Both the position numbers and the translations under genes were made by a program. This document shows positions 1 to 7,564 of a stretch of DNA of 8,910 nucleotides, piece by piece (the stretch's first letter is position 1; each line of letters opens with the position of its first letter). Source of the DNA: Amoeboradix gromovi X-113 (lineage: Eukaryota > Fungi > Sanchytriomycota); assembly GCA_018985225.1 (NCBI GenBank), contig JADGIF010000419.1, positions 1 to 8,910 of the forward strand, written 5' to 3'. The notes beneath the pieces are model-generated. The model had not been told where the DNA came from. It saw nothing but the letters and a program-made list of their open reading frames with translations, and did no database searches.

Positions 1-95
1 GGAGATACCACGTATTGTCTCTGAGTGGTACCAAATAAATGACGAGAACTGGTTATTTGGAACCAAAAAGTTGTCATACAAATAATAAAAGATAA

Positions 96-1010
96 TTATT
101 TATTATATAGATCAAGTTTCTTTCCAATGAGCCATAACTCGTTCAGAGTATTTATTTTTTCCTCATCATTTTTTAGCAGTGTAGCTTCAAATTTTAGTGC
201 CCTGTTATTTAGTCTATTTAAAATATCAACAGCATCCTTCTCAGTGCCATTTAACTTGATATGCAAATCAATATTTATTTCTTTTTTTATTAGCAACGCA
301 TCTATCAGCACTTGGCTAAAGACAATCCCTTCTTTTGAACAATAAGCATTTAAGACCTCTAGTATTAATAGAGGATACGTCCCTTTAATTGATTCTACAT
401 CTATTTCATTAATAAACTCTTCAGCATCAGTTTTGGCCTTTGACAAATTTTTCTTGCTATACAAAATACCCCATTGTATATCTGCTTCTTTTGACTTGGA
501 TAAAAGTGATTTGGGAATATCAAACATGTGACAATTCCCTTTGTAGAACTCTGCCAATCTATCTGGCAGGTGTTTGATCATATCACTAATACAAATGCCA
601 TAAATTAGATCTTCTATAGTTATTTTCAGCAAGTTGGCTTTCTTTTCCCATTCCTTACTTTCCTGCTCACATTTCATTCTTTCCTGCTCACATTTCATTC
701 TTTCCTGTTTTTCTGTTTCTAACAGTGTCTTAATGTCTCTGATTTCCCTCATTAAAACCCGTACACTGGACATGTTAGCACTTTCTAAACTAACTAGGAC
801 TTGCATCGAGGGCTCCTTTTCTAATGCTAGATCATAAATTTCCTGCAATTTTTCCTCTGATATACCTTCAAATTCCATCTTGATAACTCTTAACAAATTA
901 TTCTTTAACTCATCTTTGGATTGCACCTCTTTAATATCAGAAAGTTCCTCTACAAACACCAATAACGCCTTATCAATTTTTTCCAATTCTTGAGATGACA
1001 GAGTTGGCAT
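96..1010 (-). CDS. Hypothetical 304-aa helical protein with central coiled-coil segment
   Basis: Long uninterrupted ATG-TAA ORF rich in E/K/L. Heptad-like stretch (IRDIKTLLETEKQERMKCEQERMKCEQESKEWEKK). Ends AAT AAA TAA like neighbouring genes. No family motif recognised. Confidence 0.8.
   Translation of the reverse strand: MPTLSSQELEKIDKALLVFVEELSDIKEVQSKDELKNNLLRVIKMEFEGISEEKLQEIYDLALEKEPSMQVLVSLESANMSSVRVLMREIRDIKTLLETEKQERMKCEQERMKCEQESKEWEKKANLLKITIEDLIYGICISDMIKHLPDRLAEFYKGNCHMFDIPKSLLSKSKEADIQWGILYSKKNLSKAKTDAEEFINEIDVESIKGTYPLLILEVLNAYCSKEGIVFSQVLIDALLIKKEINIDLHIKLNGTEKDAVDILNRLNNRALKFEATLLKNDEEKINTLNELWLIGKKLDLYNK
658..707. repeat. Perfect 21-nt tandem repeat (about 2.4 copies) inside the 304-aa ORF
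   Basis: ctttcctgctcacatttcatt at 658-678 and 679-699, plus partial ctttcctg at 700-707; encodes QERMKCE-QERMKCE-QE on the - strand. Confidence 0.95.
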
Positions 1011-1797
1011 GAATCATATGGGGAGATTTTTGATTTATTACATTTGAGCAACCAATCAAATTGAGAAGAGCTGGAAAGGTTGACTGAGTTAGAATATAGT
1101 TGCAAAGATACCTTGATTAAAGAAATAAATAATTAACTACAGCGTTTAGTTTCCTATCTGGCTTGTTCTATCATACTTGCGCAGCCAGTGGCAGGTAATG
1201 TTACATCAGCTTTACTGTCGACGGCAAGCCATTGCAATCATTCTTTCTTATTTTCAATAAGGTCTATCATAATTGCTCAATAGACCACTCTGTCTTGAAA
1301 AGTGTCTAATACGCATTCTCATCTAGATCCACGACTATAGCACTATATGTACACTGGCGTAACTAGCATTGGGCCACTTCGGGATAACTGAACTCTACAA
1401 TTCCTTCTATCGCTTCTATAACAGCTGGAGTACTCTTTGGTTTTTTTAATTTCATTAGTATGCAACCTCATTGTGTTTCTACAAAGCGCATAACATATTA
1501 TTTCGTTCGGGGTGCTATAATGGCCCTCTATGCTGTTCCTTTGTTTTAAACTCACATAGTAGATTGCTATTCTTCAATTTCTAATCTTGCTTGGCTGAGG
1601 ACAACGCTGGAACTATTTTGATTACTTATGAGTTTTTGAGTGTAACAAGATTTGTGCTGTAAAGCTTTGAACACCTGTTGGTAGGAATTTAGAGTTTTGG
1701 AAGTGAACATCTCTTTTTCTTATTGTGATCCCATTGCCCTTCCAGTATTCCCTTCCTATAGCATTTCCATTTATTTAAAACTTGGAGTGTATTTCAA

Positions 1798-2409
1798 ATG
1801 AGCGATACTCACGTTTTAGCAAGACTGCACGAGATAATTGACTTTTTAAAGACATCTGGTCAACCGCAATCGATAGAAACACTTTACAAAAGATTCAAAA
1901 TTGATGATACTCTTCAAGGGCTAATAAATAAAAGTGATCAAATAATTTACAATAGATCAACTAGAATGCTAACGTTCAAACAGCCATTTACCTTTACAAA
2001 CCGAGAATCTGTGTATTTGTATTTAAAGGACCATTTCTATTTAGATTTGTCGGCTGCCAAAAAGTATTATCCACAAGTTATTGATGACTGCTTGTCACTT
2101 GAATCAGAGAATAAAATTTTTGTCTTAAAGACTAAGGACCAACCCAAACAAGCATTTATGAATCTACATCCTGACATCCCTCAAGCTGATGAAATGTTTA
2201 GAGAGGCATGGAATAAAATTAGAATTCCAGATGAGGAAGGGTTGAAAAAAGAGTTAGTAAAGCGGGGACTTGTTAAAGTCAACAAATCACTGGTGCAAAT
2301 TGTAAGTACCGCAGACAAAGAACACGTCCCTAAAATTAAGAAAGTTAAGCGTCGAATGTTCCAAAAGAAGAGAACTAACATTCACATGGGTGGTGAAGAT
2401 ATGATTTAA
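1798..2409 (+). CDS. TFA2: General transcription factor TFIIE beta subunit
   Basis: Family motifs recognised: N-terminal winged helix (IIDFLK...P), FKQPF..N between the two winged helices, DEMFREAWNKIRIP (DEEF...W...I.P), and a basic C-terminal tail ending KKRTNIHM (TNTHM). Confidence 0.9.
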   Translation: MSDTHVLARLHEIIDFLKTSGQPQSIETLYKRFKIDDTLQGLINKSDQIIYNRSTRMLTFKQPFTFTNRESVYLYLKDHFYLDLSAAKKYYPQVIDDCLSLESENKIFVLKTKDQPKQAFMNLHPDIPQADEMFREAWNKIRIPDEEGLKKELVKRGLVKVNKSLVQIVSTADKEHVPKIKKVKRRMFQKKRTNIHMGGEDMI

Positions 2410-2430
2410 TAAATGATAAATGTATTTATT
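2407..2430. terminator. Convergent 3' ends of TFA2 and RPL30 with a putative AATAAA polyadenylation signal overlapping each stop codon
   Basis: AATAAA at 2408-2413 (+) and at 2430-2425 (-); only 16 nt separate the two stop codons. Confidence 0.6.
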
Positions 2431-2764
2431 CCTTATCATCTTTTGACCCGAGGATATCTGAATCACCGACATCAGTAATAGTAACTGTACCGACTCTGAA
2501 ATATTTACCACAGGCAGTACCTAAATCGACATTATTACCAGCATAATAAAATACTTGAGATTTTGCCAACATAGCATAATATTCAATTTCTGATTTGCGC
2601 AAAGGTGGGGTGTTGTTGGCCAATAAGACAACCAATGCTTTACCTTGACGCAAGTTTTTTAACGCTTGTTTGTATCCTAAAGCATATTTGCCGCTCTTCA
2701 TAACCAGAGCTAGTTTCACATTGATGTTCTCTTTTGTACTTTTTGATTTCTTCGAAGCTGCCAT
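2426..2764 (-). CDS. RPL30: 60S ribosomal protein L30 (eL30), intronless CDS
   Basis: Highly conserved: [56 protein letters not shown]. Confidence 0.99.
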   Translation of the reverse strand: MAASKKSKSTKENINVKLALVMKSGKYALGYKQALKNLRQGKALVVLLANNTPPLRKSEIEYYAMLAKSQVFYYAGNNVDLGTACGKYFRVGTVTITDVGDSDILGSKDDKE

Positions 2765-3046
2765 ATTTCCGAAATCGAGCGCAATGATTTAATTTTTTAT
2801 GCTGGTAATTTTGCACACGTGGAAACCACTCCGTTTGGATGATACAAAGTACCTAAAGGAGTTTTAAAGTACACAAATACCAGTAGAGCTAAAATGCCGT
2901 GTTACTGCAACATAACATTACAGGACGCTCTATGATATAAAGTGAGAAGCCAATTTAAAGCGCAAGGCTAAAAATAAATCGGCCTCTACTGGGGTAAAAT
3001 ATAACTTGTTGGCATCTCTCCTGTATCTGGGGTTTAAGAGTTTTAA

Positions 3047-4294
3047 ATGATTGTTCTCCATTTTGCGACAATTGCAATCGCAGCTTGCGAATTCGAACTC
3101 AGTCAGAATGCCATGATTTCTAAATTAATAGAACTGTCCGAAAGCGCAAGAATCGATGGCCTAACGGAATCCTACTTTAGCCGCAATAACGCTCAAACCA
3201 AACACAAGCAAGAAACGTTCTCTAAATTATTAAAGGACTGCCATGAGTTTGTGCCACAGTGCCCTAACTCAAATCGTCATCAAAATACAGCTTTAGATTT
3301 TTGCCAGAAAATTGCCTCCAACATCCAAGAAATATCTTGGTTAAAACTAGTATTAAACTACCCGAAATTTCAATCCAAGCAAGTTCTTATTACTTTACTA
3401 AATAATGAATTGCAGTATAAAGGTTTTAATTTTCAGGCTAGCACTGGTACAATCAGCTCTCAGTACCTTAGTGCGATTGGACCTTACCTTCAAAATTACT
3501 TTTTTCAGATGTCTGATTTTCCTTATAGTGCTCAAACATATTTTAAAGTAGGTGTTGATGAGATATTTGATTATTTGCGGAATCATAAAGAGTCAAATGT
3601 CGGCTATTGTAGAGTAGTAGTTTTTTTTTTGATTCTCGATAAATCACTCCATTCTGTGGAATTTTGGTCAAATTTGTGGTCATACTTGTACTTGTGCAAT
3701 AACCACCATGTTCATTTAGAAAATTTTATTGCAGAAAACAGTGAAGCGTTCGATAGATATTTAGTCAATGGACGGTATTCCAATAAGCCCACATACGATA
3801 TGCGAATATATGCTGTCTATTACCGTTGCTTAGATGATTCCCGCTGCGGCCTTGAAGAATATGAATTCAGTAAAAAAGACTGGATATATCTCCTGTCGCT
3901 TTACGTTGTAAATGAAAGCTATTTCACTGTCGGAATAAGAAATACGCTTACTTTGGATGATTTGGCTACCAATATTGAATCAATACATTTGCTCAGATAC
4001 ATAACACCAGATTTTTCCAATAGCCAATTGGAATACCAGAGAAGCGGTGAAGACGAATATTGTTTTTCGAGAAATATGGAAGTCATATTCAGATTCCAAA
4101 AAGTTAAATGGTATCGAGAAATGAAAAAGAAAGTTTTGAAAGCGATTGCAGACAAAGACCAGTTCGGTGCAAATAACATTGAGCTCATAATTAACATATA
4201 CAAACATATAGATAAAGTAATCGTTCTTTCCCCTGAAGAAACTTATAAGATAAAATCAGAGTTGACAGAGCTAGAATACATAAAAGGGGAATAA
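3047..4294 (+). CDS. Hypothetical 415-aa protein with probable N-terminal signal peptide
   Basis: Uninterrupted ORF with ttttaaATG context and GAA-TAA-A end. Short hydrophobic N-terminus MIVLHFATIAIAA ends in small residues, resembling a signal peptidase site. No family recognised. Confidence 0.8.
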   Translation: MIVLHFATIAIAACEFELSQNAMISKLIELSESARIDGLTESYFSRNNAQTKHKQETFSKLLKDCHEFVPQCPNSNRHQNTALDFCQKIASNIQEISWLKLVLNYPKFQSKQVLITLLNNELQYKGFNFQASTGTISSQYLSAIGPYLQNYFFQMSDFPYSAQTYFKVGVDEIFDYLRNHKESNVGYCRVVVFFLILDKSLHSVEFWSNLWSYLYLCNNHHVHLENFIAENSEAFDRYLVNGRYSNKPTYDMRIYAVYYRCLDDSRCGLEEYEFSKKDWIYLLSLYVVNESYFTVGIRNTLTLDDLATNIESIHLLRYITPDFSNSQLEYQRSGEDEYCFSRNMEVIFRFQKVKWYREMKKKVLKAIADKDQFGANNIELIINIYKHIDKVIVLSPEETYKIKSELTELEYIKGE

Positions 4295-4384
4295 AACTTC
4301 TTCATGCAAGTAAATAGCTTCTCAGAAAGAATAATAAATAAAGTTTGAACTTTGAACTGAATGCTGAAACACGGTAACTAATGC

Positions 4385-5365
4385 ATGTTCACTTTTCTTT
4401 CTGTTACTCAAGTTACATTGGTTTTAATCTCTGCTACCGTATTTACAAGATACTCCAGTAAGCAATTTGATTTTGGAATAATTAGTGTATTCTGTGGCAT
4501 TTTAAACGAGCGCCTTGGGTTATATTTGAAATATGTTGCTTGCTATATATATATTCCACTTATGTATTTTTACTATGAGAATGAATCAAAATTTATTGCT
4601 GTGATAGAGTATTTAAACATTGGTATATTGTTGTTTCCATTTGTTGTGTGCTATCCCTTGGCGACCTTGCGTACAGTGATTGAATTAACCTCAATCTTAA
4701 CAGCACCATTTGTTCACGCTGTTGGATTTCTCTGTTTCTTCAAATGGGTTATTCATCTTCCAATTCCATTGAATTATGTTGCCAATACAAACAGGATGAT
4801 TATAAACTTATCAATGGAACTTCATAAGCTGAGATTTCAAGTGCTTTACTATTCAAAGTTCAAATTGTTGCTTCCAGCTCAAATAAAATCGCGAATACTA
4901 AAACTTGAAGGTAAGTTCAACGATTTCAAATCACACCTAAAGGAGATAAATCCGGCAAAGGAAAACATGCTGTTTTTGTTTTGCTGCATTTCAATCATAT
5001 TTAGCTGCTTTTTAACATTAACTTTGCGAGTATCTGCGGTATTTGGAATGCCATATTTCTCCAAGCTTTGGTCAGCCTGTGAATTCATGGAGTCTCTTTT
5101 AAAGATACTGGGCTCTGGTACTATACTGAAAGAACACTTCCATTTGGAACCCATTTATTATCTGAAATATAGAAAAAGACTGAAAAAAAAGCCAAAGCAA
5201 AGCAATCACAAGAAAAAAGTTGAACTTAATAAGAATGGTGCATTCATGTTTAATTCAAGTCTAATAGTACTGTCCAGCTTAAAATTACCAGAATTTGAGG
5301 ATTGGAAATATCAGTTTTATTATGTCTTGATGTTTATTGTTACCCTGCTGCTGAAAAGTAAGTAA
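4385..5365 (+). CDS. Hypothetical multi-pass membrane protein (326 aa)
   Basis: Uninterrupted ORF with several ~20-aa hydrophobic segments, a lysine-rich loop (KYRKRLKKKPKQSNHKKK) and a C-terminal hydrophobic segment followed by KSK, reminiscent of a di-lysine ER retrieval end. Confidence 0.75.
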   Translation: MFTFLSVTQVTLVLISATVFTRYSSKQFDFGIISVFCGILNERLGLYLKYVACYIYIPLMYFYYENESKFIAVIEYLNIGILLFPFVVCYPLATLRTVIELTSILTAPFVHAVGFLCFFKWVIHLPIPLNYVANTNRMIINLSMELHKLRFQVLYYSKFKLLLPAQIKSRILKLEGKFNDFKSHLKEINPAKENMLFLFCCISIIFSCFLTLTLRVSAVFGMPYFSKLWSACEFMESLLKILGSGTILKEHFHLEPIYYLKYRKRLKKKPKQSNHKKKVELNKNGAFMFNSSLIVLSSLKLPEFEDWKYQFYYVLMFIVTLLLKSK

Positions 5366-5471
5366 ATAATATACATGTAAGATTAACGTTGTCTTCCACA
5401 CTATTTTGCTACATTTCTGTGGCAAGTTGCGCCAGGTTTATTTCTTTTCGTTTCTATTTTTTGCTACAAGA

Positions 5472-6371
5472 ATGTTCGCCATACCTTTCCATGATGAGAT
5501 GTTAAGTAAAATCAAGGAATGTCCAACAAGATCTGTGTTGGTGTTAAAAGACCCAAGTTTGGTTAGCTTTTACGATGACTTATCCAATTGCAAAATAATA
5601 CTGCCGACGCTAGATAACTTGGAAATATCCGAAGACTTGCTAAAAGATTTTGACTATATAGTAATAGAAGACGCAGAAGAAGTCATTGGTCATCCTATAT
5701 TATATACTGTGTTAGATCAGATACAATACACAAAATGTAAAATTATAATTTCTACTTGTAAAACTGATATATTGGATTCATTTGAAAAGAGAATAAAAAG
5801 TAGGTTTAACAATTCAGTCATTAATCTCTTTGAGCTATATTCCAAAAAAACTGGGTCTGAATTAGTTTATGAGATGCTAATTAGCGTCAAATCTAACAAG
5901 GCTGTTTTGTTAAGATTGCAGGAAGTGAGTGCTGTTATAGATGAGAATTGGAGAATGTGCCAGTGCTATGGTATATTAAATCCAATAGCAAGCCTAATTT
6001 ATGATGGCTTGCCCATTTCAAACTTGCTCCCAAATCGACAAGATGTGGAACAACTTCATGATATGGACAAAGACATATTAAAGACATGTATATTGCAGAA
6101 CAGAATACACCCGTATATTACTAGTGCACTAATTATCAAGTTTTTAAAGAAACAATACCAATTTAGTGTTTTGGTGCTACAACAGCGAATGGACGTATTA
6201 TGTGAGCTAGGATTCCTGTTACCATGTGAATTAAACTGGGAAACATCCATGCTTCCAAGAGAATATCATCCATTCCAGTGTATTGCCAGCATTTATGATT
6301 TGGAATGTTTAAAACCGAAGAAAATTGAGTTGGCTTCTGAAATTCAAATGTATATGACAAGAGAAGAATAA
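5472..6371 (+). CDS. ORC4: Origin recognition complex subunit 4, reduced and divergent (299 aa)
   Basis: LYTVLDQIQ...STCKTDILDSFEKRIKSRF..SVINL matches the Orc4 block LYNLFD...TCRLDILELLEKRVKSRF. Walker B-like YIVIEDAE. C-terminal winged-helix-like segment (DVLCELGFLLP...REY). First ATG is 5472; the track's 5406 start is a TTG. Confidence 0.85.
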   Translation: MFAIPFHDEMLSKIKECPTRSVLVLKDPSLVSFYDDLSNCKIILPTLDNLEISEDLLKDFDYIVIEDAEEVIGHPILYTVLDQIQYTKCKIIISTCKTDILDSFEKRIKSRFNNSVINLFELYSKKTGSELVYEMLISVKSNKAVLLRLQEVSAVIDENWRMCQCYGILNPIASLIYDGLPISNLLPNRQDVEQLHDMDKDILKTCILQNRIHPYITSALIIKFLKKQYQFSVLVLQQRMDVLCELGFLLPCELNWETSMLPREYHPFQCIASIYDLECLKPKKIELASEIQMYMTREE

Positions 6372-6403
6372 ACCGTATAGATAACAGTTTTTATTTAAAT
6401 CTT

Positions 6404-6764
6404 TTACATTTCCTGCATGTTTAAATGCGCAGTCGGTTTAGGCAATTCTATGTTCTCACTTGTACACTTCTCAAGAACAAATTTGCTTCTATCTAAAGGA
6501 CAGCTATAATTAGACGACTGCTGCTGAAGCCATTGGGATATACAATGGAAATGAAAGACGTGTTTACATTTACCAAAAGCAATAGGACAATTTTCTGGAT
6601 TATCGCAGTTTGGGCAGCCGTATTGAAAAGTTTGTCTACATATTCCACAATGCTCCTGATCAGAGTCATATTTCCAACTAGCTACTGCAGATATCGATTT
6701 TATTTTTACTTTGAAAGGATTAATTTTTGAGGAAAACGTCGTTGTTTTAAAAATTGAAATTCAT
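6404..6764 (-). CDS. APC11: APC11/Rbx1-family RING-H2 protein, most like anaphase-promoting complex subunit 11; start site unresolved (absent from the ORF track)
   Basis: Hand translation of the - strand frame 6760..6404: ISIFKTTTFSSKINPFKVKIKSISAVASWKYDSDQEHCGICRQTFQYGCPNCDNPENCPIAFGKCKHVFHFHCISQWLQQQSSNYSCPLDRSKFVLEKCTSENIELPKPTAHLNMQEM*. Matches the Apc11 pattern KVKIK...VA.W...CGICR..F...CP.C...CP...G.C.H.FH.HCI..WL...CP..R. An in-frame TGA lies at 6763-6761; the nearest ATG (6764-6762) is one base out of frame. Confidence 0.9.
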
Positions 6765-7564
6765 ATTATGTTCTCATCAAAAGTCCTAATTTAACACGAA
6801 ATTAAAAGTTTCCACAAAAACTGAAAATCCAGTCGCTCGGTTATAGTCGCTGCACACTGCCATTACCCTTAATCGTAATTGAATAAGGATCACATGCTTC
6901 AAGTAAATGTTCTTTGCAGCCACACGATCTCTATGTACTGTTGATGACAACTTTCAATGTTTTCAATAGTCCCGGTGCCTGTGAACTACTTAAAGAAAAC
7001 ATTAACTTGTCGTTCAAGATCTGCCTTTTTTTACTAGACGAGATACTCGCATATAAGACAACATGTCTTAAAAAAGATGTGAAGGTATCAAACGACTCTT
7101 GAGGCTCTTGCTACGGTACAGGAATCTCTTTTCTAGTCTTGAAAAGTCTCGTATTATGCCATCTTTGAACTAGTTTTCTGTGTCTAATATTGACTTCTTA
7201 GATCTCTCTTATTTAGCTTGAGACAACTTCGAACCATTTGCAATTGATATTGAAAGAATATTGGGTTTTTTCGGTCAGAAAAGTGTAGAAAGAGTTTTTT
7301 TATAGCGGCATAGCTCATTTATACAGAATAAATAATTTACTCGATTAAAACTTCAACTTGCCGAATGTGCTAAGTCAAGGCTCTGATTATTACCAGCAAA
7401 CAGAATATACTTATTTGTTTCATACACAATTTTCGCTAGTTATGTCTGCCATCCCAAATTCCAAAAAACTGATTTTGTAATTTTAAAGACTCAGTGACAG
7501 GAATCGAGGCGTAGGTTTAAGCATAATTTCATCTGCAGTTGCAATACTCGTTTATTTTTCAAAC

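Noticed and set aside
1261-1286. GGTCTAT...ATAGACC inverted repeat
   Set aside because: A 7-bp stem is expected by chance and has no supporting context.
2302-2320. GTAAGT...AG in TFA2 as a possible micro-intron
   Set aside because: Removing 13 or 19 nt would shift the conserved TNIHM tail out of frame.
4361-4412. Upstream in-frame ATG plus a 39-nt intron as an alternative start of the membrane protein
   Set aside because: Frame-compatible, but the acceptor is AAG with no nearby branch motif and no homology supports it.
4385-5365. Assignment of the membrane protein to the ICE2 ER protein family
   Set aside because: Only a vague resemblance (FDFG...CG and hydrophobic pattern); an HMM search is required.
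5358-5381. GTAAGT donor-like site and possible 24-nt intron at the end of the membrane protein ORF
   Set aside because: No branch motif, an AAG acceptor, and splicing leads to an immediate stop; the unspliced TAA fits the local stop/poly(A) pattern.
5406-5471. N-terminal extension of ORC4 from the TTG start
   Set aside because: Eukaryotic context; the T-rich stretch looks like promoter/UTR, and the first ATG at 5472 is preferred.
6709-6737. Short GT..AG intron on the - strand that might supply APC11 with an ATG
   Set aside because: Both nearby upstream ATGs hit TAA before the donor, so no in-frame junction results.
127-7102. Short ORFs in the track (127..345, 634..837, 1343..1555, 2181..2381, 2287..2511, 3398..3586, 3919..4203, 3980..4207, 4879..5154, 6056..6250, 6163..6360, 6533..6730, 6914..7102)
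   Set aside because: Most are antisense shadows of real genes (6533..6730 is antisense to APC11). The two intergenic ones use non-ATG starts and show no motifs.
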